This document shows, piece by piece, positions 37,208-48,971 of a stretch of DNA of 64,000 bases (positions within the stretch are counted from its first letter, which is position 1; every line of letters begins with the position of its first letter). Both the position numbers and the translations under genes were made by a program. The notes beneath the pieces were generated by a model. The model ran no database searches. It saw nothing but the letters and a program-made list of their open reading frames with translations, and was not told where the DNA came from. This DNA is from Holophagales bacterium. Its GTDB lineage: Bacteria; Acidobacteriota; Thermoanaerobaculia; Multivoradales; Multivoraceae. The stretch is taken from positions 325,526-389,525 of the forward strand of contig VXSP01000045.1 of assembly GCA_009837885.1 (NCBI GenBank), written 5' to 3'.

Positions 37208-40200
37208 TCAGGCGGTCGCCAACTGGCGCTCGGGGTGCATCTCGTCGACGTCGACGCCGACGATCTTCGAGACCCCGCGTTCCTCCATCGTGACCCCGTA
37301 GAGCGTGCTCGCGACCTGCATCGTCAGCTTGTTGTGGGTGATGACGAGGAACTGGGTCTCCGCCGACATCCGCTCCAGCATGTCGACGAAGCGCAGGATG
37401 TTCGCGTCGTCGAGCGGCGCGTCGACTTCGTCGAGGATGCAGAAGGGCGAGGGCTTGGTCTGGAAGAGGGCGAACAGCAGGGCGATCGCGGCCAGAGCCT
37501 TCTCGCCGCCTGAGAGCAGCATGATGTTCTGGGCCCGCTTTCCCGGCGGCCGGGCGGTGATCTCGATGCCGCAGTCAAGCGGATCCTCCTCGTCCATCAG
37601 GCGCATTTCCGCGTCTCCTCCGCGGAAAAGCTCCGTGAAGGTCCGCCCGAAGTTCTCGTTGACCTCGCTGAAGGTGGCGACGAAACGCTCGGAGGAGGTC
37701 CTGTCGATGTCGCGAATCGTGCGTTTCAGGCTCTCGACAGAGGACGCCACGTCGGCCCGCTGTCCGGCCAGGAAGGTGTGGCGCTCCTGCTGCTCGTCGT
37801 ACTCGTCGGCCGCCAGGACGTTGACCGGCCCCATCCGCTCCAGCAGGGTGCGCCGGCGTTCGAGCTCCTCGGTCATGGTCTCGAGGTCGGCGGCCTCGCC
37901 GTCCTGCGTTGCCGGCGCCTCCCGGGTGGCCAGCTCGCGCCGGAACTCCTCGCGGTACTCCCGTTCCAGGTGTTCGGCGTCCTGACGCAGGCCCGCCTGC
38001 CGCACGCGCAACTCCTCGATCCGGTCACGCAGTTCGTCGCGCCGGGTGCCGAGGTCGCGCATCCGGGCATCCAGTTCGCGTCCGCGGTCCCTCTCAGCCT
38101 CGAGAGCCTCCTGGGCGCCGGTCGCTTCGTCTCTGGCGCTCGTCCGCTCGGCCAGGGCGTCGTCGAGTTCCCGCCTCGCCCGGGTGGATGAGTCCTCGAG
38201 TTCGACAAGACGCCCGCGCAGCCGCTCCTGCTCGACCAGCCATTCCTCGTCGGCCTCGCGCAGACCCGCGATTCGTCCCTCGAGCCGCTCGGTTTCGTTC
38301 CGTTCGGTGGCGGAGCGCTCCTCGATCAACTCGAGTTGGCCCTGGCGGCCGGCGCCCGCGGTGACGTGCTCCTCCCGTTCTTCCCGAGCCCGCTCGACGG
38401 CGGCCGCCGCTTCCTGCACTGCCCGTTCCAGACTGCGGTGAACCGTCTCCCGGGCCTCGATGTCGGTCTGGATCCGGGCCTGCCGACTCTCCGTCTCGGC
38501 GATTCCGCGGATCAGTTCGTCGCGCTCGGTCTCGGCCGCCGCGCTCTCGCGGGCCTGCACGTCGCGTCGTTCGGTGATGTCCTGGAGCCGGGCCTTGGCG
38601 ACCGCGAGCTGTTCCCGTAGCCCGGCCGCGGCCTGCTCGATCCGTCGACCTTCCAGAGCGGCGTCGCGGACGCTCTCAGCGGCGGCATCGATGTCCCGAC
38701 CCAGTGCCGTGCAGCGCGCCTCGAGTTCGTCAGACCGTCGAACGAGGTCGTCGAGTTCGCGCTGGCGGCCCAGGGCGCCGGGCGCCGCGCCCTCGCCGCG
38801 GACGGTGACACGGCCGGCCTCGATCCAGAGCCGGTCGCGGCACAGGAAGGCGACACCCGGGTTGTCCGCCGCCAGGCGTTCCGCCGCTTCGGGGCTCTCC
38901 ACGAGACAGCCGGGCTGAAGCGAGCCCCGCAGATCCTCGGGGAGGCCCAGCGCGGTCCACACGTCGCCGACGATCTCCGGATCGTCGAGTTCCCCGAGTG
39001 CCGTGAGTTCCGACAGGGGCTGCGGCGGATCAGCCGGCCGGAGAAGTGTGACCTGGTGGTCGAAGCCGGCGAGAGCTCGGGCAATGGCGACCGCGTCTTC
39101 GTCGCCGGGGGCCAGGATCGCATTGCGCAGCGGACCGAGGAAGAGGTCCAGGCTGTCCTCCCAGCCCGCCGGGACGTTCACTTCGTCGCCGAGAAAGCGG
39201 GGCTCGGAGAGTTCCAGCTCGATCAGCGCGTCCCGGATTCCGGCCCGCAGTTCCTCGTCTCGCCGACCGAGCTCTCGGAGAACAGCCGCCCGCTTCTGGG
39301 CTTCGACCAGCTCCTCGCGGCGCGTTTCCAGTTCGGCCTGGGCGGTTTGCCGTCGGTCCCGGCTCGCTTCCAGGGCCACGGCCGCCCGCCGGGCGGCCTG
39401 GGTTTCGGTCGTCAGGGCGAGTTCCAGCGTTTCCACCTTGGCGCCCACGTCTCTGACGTCGACGTCGATCGAGCGGAGGGCTTCCTGGCTGCGTTCGAGG
39501 GTCTTTTCGGCGCGGTCGCGGCGGTCGACCGCCTTTTCGCTGACGATGCGCTCCGCGACCAGACTGCTTCGCAGTTCGTCGATGCCGACCCGCGATGCCG
39601 CCTGTTCCTCGAGCAGATCCCGGTGTCGTCTGCGCGCATCCTCGATCGCGGTATCGGCCTCGTCGATCCGCCGGCGGTCCTCGTGGACCTTCGCCAGCGC
39701 CTCTTCGCGCTCCGAGAGGAACATCTGGCGGCGTCCGGCGAGAACGGCGAGCGCCTCTTCGGCCGTTGCCAGTTCGCGGCGCCGCGTCTCCCCATCGCGG
39801 GCGCCTGCCTCGAGCCTCTCGGCGATCTCCGCTCGGGTGGCGCCGGCTCCCTTGATCAGTTCGCTCCGCCCCTCGATCGTCGCCAGCAGGGTGGCCTGAC
39901 GTTCGTGCGAGCGAACGGCCTCCTCTGTGCGCGCGTCGATGACGTGACGGGATTCGGCGAGTGCCGCGTTGCCGCGGGCGATCTCGGCCAGGAGTTCCGC
40001 CTCGCGGTCGGCCTCCCGTGCGAGAGCCGACCCGAGTTCCTCGAGCTCGCCACGGAGCTTCGCCCAGCGCGCCAGGAGCACGGCGTCGAGCAGTTCACGA
40101 TAGGCGTCCCTGCGCTCACGGTGGCGCCGGGCGGCGTTCGCCTGACGCTTGAGGGAGCGAAGACGGCGCTCGACCTCGGAGATGATGTCGTCGAGCCGGA

Positions 40201-40768
40201 GCAGATCGGCGGTCGCGTCCTCGAGCTTCAGGCTGGCCAGCCGCTTGCGGTTCTTGTAGCGGGTGATCCCGGCCGCTTCCTCGATCAGCTTGCGGCGTTC
40301 CTGGGGCTTGCCGGAGAGGATCATCCCGATCCGCCCCTGCTCGATCACGGAGTAGGCGCGAATGCCCAGACCCGTGTCCATCAGGATGTCGCGGATGTCC
40401 TTGAGCCGGGCCACCCGGTCATTCAACCGGTACTGGCCCTCGCCGCCCCGGAAGATTCGCCGCCCGATCGTGATGCGGCCATCCTCGGCGTTTTCGACGC
40501 TGCCGTCGGTGAGGAAGGTGAGGCTGACCTCGGCCATCCCCAGGGGCTTGCGTTGGCCGCTCCCGTTGAATATGACTTCCTCCATGGAGCTGCCGCGGAG
40601 CGACTTCGGGCTCTGTTCGCCGAGCACCCAGGTGATGGCCTCCGCCAGGTTGCTCTTGCCGCAGCCGTTGGGTCCGACGATCGCCGTGATGCCGCGGGCG
40701 AACCGGCTCGTTACCGGGTCGACGAAGGTCTTGAAGCCGTTGACTTCAAGGCTCTCGAGTTTGAGCAT
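37208..40768 (-). CDS. smc: Chromosome segregation protein SMC
   Basis: ATG at 40768. N-terminal Walker A (IVGPNGCGKSNL), long coiled coils, hinge, and C-terminal signature LSGGEKALAAIALLFA...ILDEVDAPLDD. The upstream part of the 1389-aa track ORF is junk. Confidence 0.9.
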   Translation of the reverse strand: MLKLESLEVNGFKTFVDPVTSRFARGITAIVGPNGCGKSNLAEAITWVLGEQSPKSLRGSSMEEVIFNGSGQRKPLGMAEVSLTFLTDGSVENAEDGRITIGRRIFRGGEGQYRLNDRVARLKDIRDILMDTGLGIRAYSVIEQGRIGMILSGKPQERRKLIEEAAGITRYKNRKRLASLKLEDATADLLRLDDIISEVERRLRSLKRQANAARRHRERRDAYRELLDAVLLARWAKLRGELEELGSALAREADREAELLAEIARGNAALAESRHVIDARTEEAVRSHERQATLLATIEGRSELIKGAGATRAEIAERLEAGARDGETRRRELATAEEALAVLAGRRQMFLSEREEALAKVHEDRRRIDEADTAIEDARRRHRDLLEEQAASRVGIDELRSSLVAERIVSEKAVDRRDRAEKTLERSQEALRSIDVDVRDVGAKVETLELALTTETQAARRAAVALEASRDRRQTAQAELETRREELVEAQKRAAVLRELGRRDEELRAGIRDALIELELSEPRFLGDEVNVPAGWEDSLDLFLGPLRNAILAPGDEDAVAIARALAGFDHQVTLLRPADPPQPLSELTALGELDDPEIVGDVWTALGLPEDLRGSLQPGCLVESPEAAERLAADNPGVAFLCRDRLWIEAGRVTVRGEGAAPGALGRQRELDDLVRRSDELEARCTALGRDIDAAAESVRDAALEGRRIEQAAAGLREQLAVAKARLQDITERRDVQARESAAAETERDELIRGIAETESRQARIQTDIEARETVHRSLERAVQEAAAAVERAREEREEHVTAGAGRQGQLELIEERSATERNETERLEGRIAGLREADEEWLVEQERLRGRLVELEDSSTRARRELDDALAERTSARDEATGAQEALEAERDRGRELDARMRDLGTRRDELRDRIEELRVRQAGLRQDAEHLEREYREEFRRELATREAPATQDGEAADLETMTEELERRRTLLERMGPVNVLAADEYDEQQERHTFLAGQRADVASSVESLKRTIRDIDRTSSERFVATFSEVNENFGRTFTELFRGGDAEMRLMDEEDPLDCGIEITARPPGKRAQNIMLLSGGEKALAAIALLFALFQTKPSPFCILDEVDAPLDDANILRFVDMLERMSAETQFLVITHNKLTMQVASTLYGVTMEERGVSKIVGVDVDEMHPERQLATA

Positions 40769-40912
40769 CGTGCGTGTGGTGGCCAATCGGGCTGGTTGAG
40801 CTTCGGGGAACATAACAGGGTTCATGCATAAGTCACAAGTGGTTGTGCCGGCGACGGACCGCGTCCACAACATGTGGCGTCGCGAGCGCGCCGCTGATAC
40901 GCTGCCGCGGCC

Positions 40913-41466
40913 GTGAGTGCGCTGACTGTCAAGCGGATGCTGTTCGACGCGCCGCAGATGGCGCGGATGATGCGCCGGATGGCGTTGGAGGTGGTCGAGC
41001 GGGCGGGGGGCACCGATTCGCTGATGCTGGTCGGCGTGCGCACGCGCGGCGTGCCCCTGGCCGACTTCGTCGCCGCCGAGATCAAGCGCACCGAAGGCGT
41101 CGCCGTGCCAGTGGGCGTGCTCGACATCACGCTCTACCGGGACGATCTCTCGACCATCGCGCCGCAGCCCGTGGTCAAGGAGAGCGTGATGCCGGTGCCG
41201 ATCGACGACCGAATCGTCGTGCTCTGCGACGACGTCCTCTACAGCGGCCGCACGATCCGGGCGGCGATGGACGCTCTGATCATGGACTACGGCCGGCCGC
41301 GGGCGATCCGCCTGGCGGTGCTGATCGACCGTGGCCACCGGGAACTGCCGATCCACGCCGACTGCGTCGGTGAACACGTGCAGACGACCGACACCGAGGT
41401 GATCAAGGTCTCTTACGCCGCCACCGACGGCGGCAAGGAGATGGTCGAGCTCCTGGAACGCGAGGG

Positions 41467-41470
<4 letters not shown>
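40913..41470 (+). CDS. pyrR: Bifunctional pyrimidine operon regulator / uracil phosphoribosyltransferase PyrR
   Basis: PRTase motif [20 protein letters not shown] and PyrR N-terminal block. GTG start. Its stop overlaps the pyrB start as GTGA. Confidence 0.85.
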
Positions 41471-42416
<946 letters not shown>

Positions 42417-42420
<4 letters not shown>

Positions 42421-43706
42421 GCGGATCGCTGGTGATTCGGGGGGGCCGGGTTGTCGATCCGACCCAGGAACTCGACGGCGCGGCGGACGTCCTGATCGAG
42501 GGCGGCAGGGTGACGGCCTGCGGACCCGGTCTCGCGGCGCCGGAGAACGTGCGCGAGTTCGACGCCGCGGGGTTGGTGGTCGTACCCGGCCTGATCGACA
42601 TGCACGTCCACCTGCGCGAGCCGGGCCAGGAGTACAAGGAGACGATCGAGACCGGCACCCGCGCGGCGGCGTCGGGCGGGTTCACCGCCGTCGCCTGCAT
42701 GCCGAACACGGACCCGGTGAACGACGATCCGTCACTGACCGAGTTCATGCTCAAGCAGGCGGAGCGGGCGGGCTGGACTCGTGTGTACCCGATCTCGGCG
42801 GTCAGCCGGGGGCTGGAGGGCCGCGAGTTGACGGAGTTCGGGGCGCAGCGGCGGGCCGGCGCGGTAGCGGTCTCGGACGACGGCCATCCGGTCTGGAGCG
42901 CCGCCCTGATGCGCCAGGCGCTGCGATACGCCCGGCACTTCGACCTGCCGGTCATCCAGCACGCCGAGGAACTCGCACTCTCGGGCGACGGGGTCATGCA
43001 CGAGGGACGCTTCTCGACGCGGCTCGGCGTCGAGGGGATCCCCGGCGCCGCGGATGACGTGATGGTCTCCCGCGATCTGCTCCTGACCGCTGATACGGGG
43101 GGCCGCTACCACCTGGCGCACATGTCGACCGCGCGCAGCCTGGACCTGATCCGGGCCGCCAGGGCCGATGGCCACCGGGTCACCTGCGAGGTCTCGGCCC
43201 ATCACCTGCTGCTGACGGACGAGGACGTCTTCGACTCGGGGCTGGACCCGAACTTCAAGATGCATCCGCCGCTCAGAACCGCCGGCGACCGCGACGCCCT
43301 GGTCGGGGGCCTCGCCGATGGTTCGATCGACGCGATCGCGAGCGATCACGCCCCCCACCATCCGGACGAGAAGGAGCTCGACTTCGTCGCCTCGCCGAAC
43401 GGCATCGTCGGGCTCGAGACGACGCTCAGCCTCTGCCTGGACCGGCTGGTGAGGAAGGGCGTGATCGACATGGCGCGCCTCGTCGACCTGCTGTCGACGG
43501 CGCCCGCGAGGATCCTCGGCGTGCCTGGGGGCAGCCTCGCGCCCGGTTCGCCCGGCGACGTGACCCTGATCGACGTGGAGCGCGAGGTCGAAGTCGATCC
43601 GGCGACGTTCCGGAGCAGGTCGCGGAACACGCCGTTCGCGGGCTGGGAGCTTCGCGGCGCGCCGGCCGGCACCGTCGTCGGCGGTCGCGTGATCGAGCTG
43701 CCGTAG
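42417..43706 (+). CDS. pyrC: Dihydroorotase (multimeric/allantoinase-like type)
   Basis: Amidohydrolase metal-binding [10 protein letters not shown] and downstream His/Asp ligands. Third gene of the pyrR-pyrB-pyrC operon. Confidence 0.85.
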
Positions 43707-43784
43707 CCGGGAACCGCCCACTGGGCGCGCCGGCGTCCCCGCCGGCATCCGGAGCGAAGCGACGGGCTCTGGGTGTCCGCTGAA

Positions 43785-44591
43785 CTACCCGATACTCCGC
43801 CCGCCGTCGATGTCGAGGCAGACGCCGGTGAGAAAGGCCGCGTCGTCGGAGGCGAGGTAGGCGACGGCGGCGGCCACGTCGGCCGGTTCGGCGAGTCGGC
43901 CCAGCGGGATCGTCTTCTGAAGGACATCGCGTCCCGATGCGTCCAGCTTCCGTCCCCCCGAGGGGCCCTTCATGAAGTCGGTGTCGGCGGCGACGGGGTT
44001 GACCGCGTTGACGCGGATGCCATGAGGCGCGAGTTCAGTCGCCAGTCCCCGGGTCAGTGTGATGACCGCCCCCTTCGTCGCGTTGTAGGCGGTGATCAGC
44101 GGTCGCGGGCGGACGGCGCCGATCGACGCCGTGTTCACGATCACCCCGCCTCCGCGCTCGAGCAGCCGCGGCACGCCGTGCACCACGCCCAGATAGACGC
44201 TCTTCGTGTTCACCTCGAAGACCCGGTCGTAGTCGGCCTCGGCGAGCTTCCAGAGGGGCCGGGCCCGGTGGCAGTAGCCCGCGTTGTTGACGAGGATGTC
44301 GATGCCGCCGAACGCGCCGCAGGTCCGCTCCATCAGCCGCCGCACGTCGTCGCCCTTCGATACGTCGACCGTCTCGAAGAGGACCCTGGCGCCGCGCTTT
44401 GCGAGCTGGGCCGTGGTCCTCTTCCCCTTGCCTGAATCGATGTCCGCGAGCGCGACGGCCGCGCCTTCTTCGGTGAGCCTTCGTGCGATGGCGCGGCCGA
44501 AACCGCCGGCCGCGCCGGTCACGACCGCGACCTTTCTCGCGAACCGGGAAGTGGCTGTCGCGCTGTCGTTCTTGCTGTTCGAGTCGTTCAT
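43785..44591 (-). CDS. SDR-family short-chain dehydrogenase/reductase
   Basis: VAVVTGAAGGFGRAIA Rossmann motif, NNAG, and YxxxK catalytic motif. Confidence 0.85.
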   Translation of the reverse strand: MNDSNSKNDSATATSRFARKVAVVTGAAGGFGRAIARRLTEEGAAVALADIDSGKGKRTTAQLAKRGARVLFETVDVSKGDDVRRLMERTCGAFGGIDILVNNAGYCHRARPLWKLAEADYDRVFEVNTKSVYLGVVHGVPRLLERGGGVIVNTASIGAVRPRPLITAYNATKGAVITLTRGLATELAPHGIRVNAVNPVAADTDFMKGPSGGRKLDASGRDVLQKTIPLGRLAEPADVAAAVAYLASDDAAFLTGVCLDIDGGRSIG

Positions 44592-44675
44592 GGTGAGTAT
44601 CTCCCCGGGTTTCGGGCGGCTACGCTACCTTGCCATCCGCGCGCCCCACGAAGGGGCGCACGGAGTGGGACGCGG

Positions 44676-46214
44676 GTGGCGCGAAACGCGCCACCCGGGT
44701 TCAGCGCGGGAGGCAAGATGATGGGAGAGCCAGCAGCAGGTAAGCGGCGCGTGGTCGTCGTCGGCGCCGGCAACGCGGCGTTGTGCGCCGCCCTCGCGGC
44801 CCGGGAGGAGGGCGCGTCGGTAACCGTGCTGGAGCGTGCGCCGCGCGCGGAACGGGGAGGGAACAGCCGCTTCACGATGGCGGCGATGCGCTTCGCCTAT
44901 GACGGCCTGGACGATCTGCGCGAGGTGGCCGCTGGTCTGGGCGAGGAGGAGATCGAGGCCAGCGATTTCGGAACGTATCCGGCGCGGCGATTCGCCGAGG
45001 ACCTCGAACGGACCGGTGGCGGTCGCGCCGACTCCAAGCTGGTCGGAACCCTGGTGGGGGAGAGCCTCCGGACGCTGCGCTGGATGCGTGGCCAGGGGGT
45101 CGAGTTCGTTCCGCTCTACGCGGGTCAGGCGTTCGAAGTCGACGGCAAGCGCCGGTTCTGGGGCGGCTTGACATTGCAGGCGCGGGGAGGCGGCCCCGGC
45201 CTGGTGGCGGCCCTCGAGCGGGCGGCGGAGAGTGCAGGAATCGAGACGCGCTACGGCTGCCGGGCTTTGAGCCTGCGGTTGGAAGAGGACGCCGTGTGCG
45301 GCGTCGAGGTCGAGGAGGAGTCGGTTCGGCGCGTCCTCGAGGCCGACAGCGTGGTTCTCGCCAGCGGCGGCTTCGAGGCGAATCGTGAGTGGCGCCGCCG
45401 CTACCTCGGCGAAGGTTGGGAGGAGGCCAGGGTCCGGGGCAGCCGCTACAACGAGGGCTGTGGCATCCGCATGGCCCTCGAAATCGGCGCCGGACGGGCC
45501 GGACAGTGGTCCGGCTGCCACGCCGTGGCGTGGGATCTGAACGCGCCTGAGGTCGGCAACCTCGAGGTCCGCCACCGCTACCAGAAGCACAGCTATCCGC
45601 TTGGCATCGTCGTCAACGCGAGGGGAGAGCGGTTTCTCGACGAGGGCGCGGACTTTCGGAACTACACCTACGCCAGGTACGGCCGCGAGGTGCTGGAGCA
45701 GCCGGGCCGTTTCGCCTGGCAGGTGTTCGATGCGCGGGTCGCTCACCTGCTGCGGGACGAGTACCGGAAGCGGCACGCGACGCGGGTCGAAGCCGACTCG
45801 CTCCCGGGACTCGCCGACCGTCTCGAGGGTGTGGACGGCGAGACGTTCCTGCGGACGGTCGGCGACTTCAACGCCGCCGTGCGCCGGGAGGTGCCTTTCG
45901 ATCCCAGCGTCCTTGATGGCCGCTCGACCCGCGGTCTGGTCCCGAACAAGTCGAACTGGGCCAACCCGATCGAGGAGCCGCCGTTCGAGGCCTTCGCCGT
46001 GACCTGCGGCATCACGTTCACGTTCGGGGGCCTGTCGGTTGACCGGCGCGCCAGGGTGCTCGACGACGGCGGACGGCCGATTCCGCACCTGTTCGCGGCG
46101 GGCGAGCTCGTCGGCGGCCTGTTCTACGACAACTACCCGGGCGGTTCCGGGCTGACGGCGGGCGCGGTGTTCGGCCGTCTGGCCGGCCGGGGGGCGGGCC
46201 GGTTCGATGGCTGA
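44676..46214 (+). CDS. FAD-binding dehydrogenase (TcuA / fumarate-reductase-flavoprotein-like)
   Basis: FAD dinucleotide-binding motif VVVVGAGNAALCAALAA, and a C-terminal FAD-binding region (AAGELVGGLFYDNYPGGSGL). Start may be the ATG at 44718. Confidence 0.75.
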   Translation: MARNAPPGFSAGGKMMGEPAAGKRRVVVVGAGNAALCAALAAREEGASVTVLERAPRAERGGNSRFTMAAMRFAYDGLDDLREVAAGLGEEEIEASDFGTYPARRFAEDLERTGGGRADSKLVGTLVGESLRTLRWMRGQGVEFVPLYAGQAFEVDGKRRFWGGLTLQARGGGPGLVAALERAAESAGIETRYGCRALSLRLEEDAVCGVEVEEESVRRVLEADSVVLASGGFEANREWRRRYLGEGWEEARVRGSRYNEGCGIRMALEIGAGRAGQWSGCHAVAWDLNAPEVGNLEVRHRYQKHSYPLGIVVNARGERFLDEGADFRNYTYARYGREVLEQPGRFAWQVFDARVAHLLRDEYRKRHATRVEADSLPGLADRLEGVDGETFLRTVGDFNAAVRREVPFDPSVLDGRSTRGLVPNKSNWANPIEEPPFEAFAVTCGITFTFGGLSVDRRARVLDDGGRPIPHLFAAGELVGGLFYDNYPGGSGLTAGAVFGRLAGRGAGRFDG

Positions 46215-47250
46215 GCCTTCGGCCGATGCCAGCGTTCCCCTCGGGAACCTCCAGATCCACAGCCCGCGCGGGCGCGTGCGCTACCTCAAGGTAACCGCCG
46301 CGAAACTCCAGCTTGGGCTGGCGGCGCTGATTCTCGTTGGTTCCCTCGTGGTCAATGCCGCTCTGATCGCTCCCGTCGTCGTACGCTCCCAGTTCTCGAG
46401 GGCCGAGCAGGTCGAGGTGTTCGGGGAACACAGGCGGCTGGCGGCCCGTTTCGAGGCACTGGCCGAACGCTACTCGGAGGTCCGCCAACTGGCGTCGGAG
46501 CTCGATAGTCGACTGTGCAAGATCGTCCTTGCCTACGGTGTCGGGGCGCCAGCGAACGAAGGATGCGGCGAGGCCGTCGACGTCCTGGAGGAACCCGCCC
46601 TCACCTTGCGGCAGGGCGAGGTGGTGCTGATCGAGTCAGGCGTCGAGGAAGACGTGGAACGGGTGACGGGGCGCATCGAGGGCCGGCTGCAGGCGGCCCT
46701 CGAGGTCGAACGGGCCGAGCCCGAGCTCGTCGAGTCGACGCCGTCCGCGGTTCCGCTTCGCGGCGACGACTTCGTCCTCGTCGGCCCGTTCGGACAGACG
46801 AGAAACCGGGTGACGGACGTTGAAGAGTTCCACCAGGGCATCGATCTCGCGGCGTCCGCCGGGGCGCCGGTGCTGGCCACTGCGGCCGGTCGCGTGACGT
46901 ATGCGGGACGGGGCGCAGCTTTGGGCCGTTCCTGGGTTCGCTACGGGCGGATCGTGGGAATCCGGCATGGTGACCGCTTCATCACCCTGTTCGGCCACCT
47001 GGATACGACGGAGGTGCGAGCGGGGCAATCGGTCAGCCGCGGACAACGCATCGGCACCGTCGGCGCGACCGGATGGAGCGTGGAACCGAATCTCCACTAC
47101 GGCGTGCTGCGGCGGCGCGGCGACGGAGGCTACTTCGCCGTCGATCCCCGCATCCACATCCTGGACTACCGGTGGAACGAGGAAGGCTTCATCGCCTCCG
47201 ATCGGACACCGGCGGATCCCCTGACCCTGCCGGCCACGTTGCGGCGATAA
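46207..47250 (+). CDS. M23 family metallopeptidase (membrane-anchored)
   Basis: N-terminal TM helix. LytM-type motifs HQGIDLAAS.GAPV.A and GxxxHLHYG-like (RHGDRFITLFGHLD...GATGWSVEPNLHYG). Confidence 0.8.
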   Translation: MAEPSADASVPLGNLQIHSPRGRVRYLKVTAAKLQLGLAALILVGSLVVNAALIAPVVVRSQFSRAEQVEVFGEHRRLAARFEALAERYSEVRQLASELDSRLCKIVLAYGVGAPANEGCGEAVDVLEEPALTLRQGEVVLIESGVEEDVERVTGRIEGRLQAALEVERAEPELVESTPSAVPLRGDDFVLVGPFGQTRNRVTDVEEFHQGIDLAASAGAPVLATAAGRVTYAGRGAALGRSWVRYGRIVGIRHGDRFITLFGHLDTTEVRAGQSVSRGQRIGTVGATGWSVEPNLHYGVLRRRGDGGYFAVDPRIHILDYRWNEEGFIASDRTPADPLTLPATLRR

Positions 47251-47260
47251 CGGGAGAAAC

Positions 47261-47950
47261 GTGTTCATGAGCTATCGAGCAGTCATCTTCGACCTGGGCG
47301 GAGTCGTCTTCGGCTCCCCGCTGCACGCCATCCGGCGCTACGAACAGGCGAACGGCATCGAGGAGAATTTCGTCAACCGCCTGGTCGTGGCGGCCGGGCC
47401 GGGAGGCTCCTGGCAGCGGATGGAGCGCGGCGAGCTGGTCATGGGGCCGGGCTTCTTCGCCGCCTTCGACGACGATGTGAGGGCGGCCGATCCCTCGGTG
47501 GCCGAGCGTTTCTCGGCCGAGGAGATGATGGCGGCGATCGCGGAGGAGTCAAAGCCCAGGCCGCAGATGATCGACGCGCTGCGGCGGTTACGCGCCGGCG
47601 GCTACACCGTGACGGCGTTGACGAACAACTGGGTCAGCGAGGAGGAACGGGAACCCGCGGATGCCGAGGAGGCCGCGATGCGGGCCGAGGTCCGTGCCCT
47701 GTTCGACGACTACGTCGAGTCGAGCGTCGTCGGCCTGCGCAAGCCCGATCCCGCGATCTACCGACTGGCCTGCGGCCGGATCGGCGTCGAACCGCGCGAG
47801 GCGGTGTTCCTGGACGACATCGGTTCGAACCTGAAGAGCGCGCGGGCACTCGGCATGACGACGATCAAGGTCGACGACGCCGACGACGCCCTCGCGGAAC
47901 TCTGGCGGACGCTGGCCAGGAGGCGGCGCGACAGAAACGACATGGAGTGA
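47261..47950 (+). CDS. HAD-superfamily hydrolase (epoxide-hydrolase N-terminal-domain-like)
   Basis: HAD motif I (VIFDLGGVV), plus motif III/IV regions. Confidence 0.8.
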   Translation: MFMSYRAVIFDLGGVVFGSPLHAIRRYEQANGIEENFVNRLVVAAGPGGSWQRMERGELVMGPGFFAAFDDDVRAADPSVAERFSAEEMMAAIAEESKPRPQMIDALRRLRAGGYTVTALTNNWVSEEEREPADAEEAAMRAEVRALFDDYVESSVVGLRKPDPAIYRLACGRIGVEPREAVFLDDIGSNLKSARALGMTTIKVDDADDALAELWRTLARRRRDRNDME

Positions 47951-48021
47951 GTTCTGTCGCGAAGCCTCCTGGCGAGGTGGGGGCTGGGGGCCAAACAGCG
48001 AGCCTGCGAGCGGTTTGGCGG

Positions 48022-48816
48022 CTACTCCGGAAGGGTGAACGTGAGATCGAGCGTCGCGGCGAGCCCGTCGAGCAGCGTCACGCCGGACCGCATCGTGCCG
48101 AGACGTTCGTGCCACGCCTCGATCGTGTAGGTGCCGGCCGGGAGCCCGGGAATCTCGAACGAGCCGTCCGGCCCGGAGACGGCGAAGTAGGGGTGGCTGA
48201 AGACCCCGACATAGCTCGACATCCACGGGTGGACGTCGCACTTGATCCGGAACGCCGGCTCCTCGTCGGTGAACGAGAACGTGGCCTGCTTGATGGCCGC
48301 CGGCATGGCCCGGTTGAAGGGGCGGTTGACCTCGGACAGCGAGTGGACGTTGTGGAGCAACTCGTCCGAGTTCAGCACCTTGAGCTCCTGGCCCACCATG
48401 ATGCCTGCGACGCGGGGCGTGTAGCGGCAGCCCTGCTGGTCGATCACGGGCGGTTCCGCCGGCGGGTAGGGCCCCTGTGGAACGTTGTCGGCGACGTAGA
48501 CGAGGACGTTGGCCAGGCCGGCCTGATCGTCGACCGCGAGGATCTCCGGATAGACCGGCTCCGTGTGCTTGGCGGCGCAGGCGGGATCGGCATGCATGTT
48601 GAGCGGCCGGAGTTCCGGCACCTCGCCGTCGAAGCGAACGACGCCGGCGATCGAACTGTTGCCGAGGGGTTCGGTGGGTGTGGCTTCGGGGGCTGAGGGA
48701 GTGTCGCCGCCGGAGTGCTCCGGGGCATCGCCGGCGCAGCCGGCCAGGAGGAAGGCGAAGGGAAGAAGGGCCGTGGAGAGGGCCAGCGGAAGCGTAGTTC
48801 TCGATGCGCAGATCAT
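48022..48816 (-). CDS. Cupredoxin-domain lipoprotein (amicyanin-like type-1 copper site); paralog A
   Basis: Lipobox LLAGC. Type-1 Cu ligand pattern LLHNVHSL ... CDVHPWM (His ... Cys-x2-His-x2-Met, as in amicyanin MPHNVHF/CTPHPFM). Shares about 50% identity with 52397..53113. Confidence 0.6.
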   Translation of the reverse strand: MICASRTTLPLALSTALLPFAFLLAGCAGDAPEHSGGDTPSAPEATPTEPLGNSSIAGVVRFDGEVPELRPLNMHADPACAAKHTEPVYPEILAVDDQAGLANVLVYVADNVPQGPYPPAEPPVIDQQGCRYTPRVAGIMVGQELKVLNSDELLHNVHSLSEVNRPFNRAMPAAIKQATFSFTDEEPAFRIKCDVHPWMSSYVGVFSHPYFAVSGPDGSFEIPGLPAGTYTIEAWHERLGTMRSGVTLLDGLAATLDLTFTLPE

Positions 48817-48971
48817 GCGCCTATTCTAATGGGCCGCAGGACGGTTGCACCGGGGTTCTTCTCGCCGTACGGCCCGTTTCCTTGACCGCGATAGGGGCGG
48901 GTGTTAGCTTCCGCGCGATTCGTGGCCCGGCCGGCCCTTGAGGGCACAGCCGCCCTATCTCCAGGCCCTCG

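Noticed and set aside
40769-41377. N-terminal 203 aa of the 1389-aa ORF upstream of smc, including the MNPVMF alternative start
   Set aside because: His/Arg-rich junk. The stretch just before MLKLESL uses AT-ending codons atypical for this genome. The SMC N-terminus MLKLESLEVNGFK is canonical.
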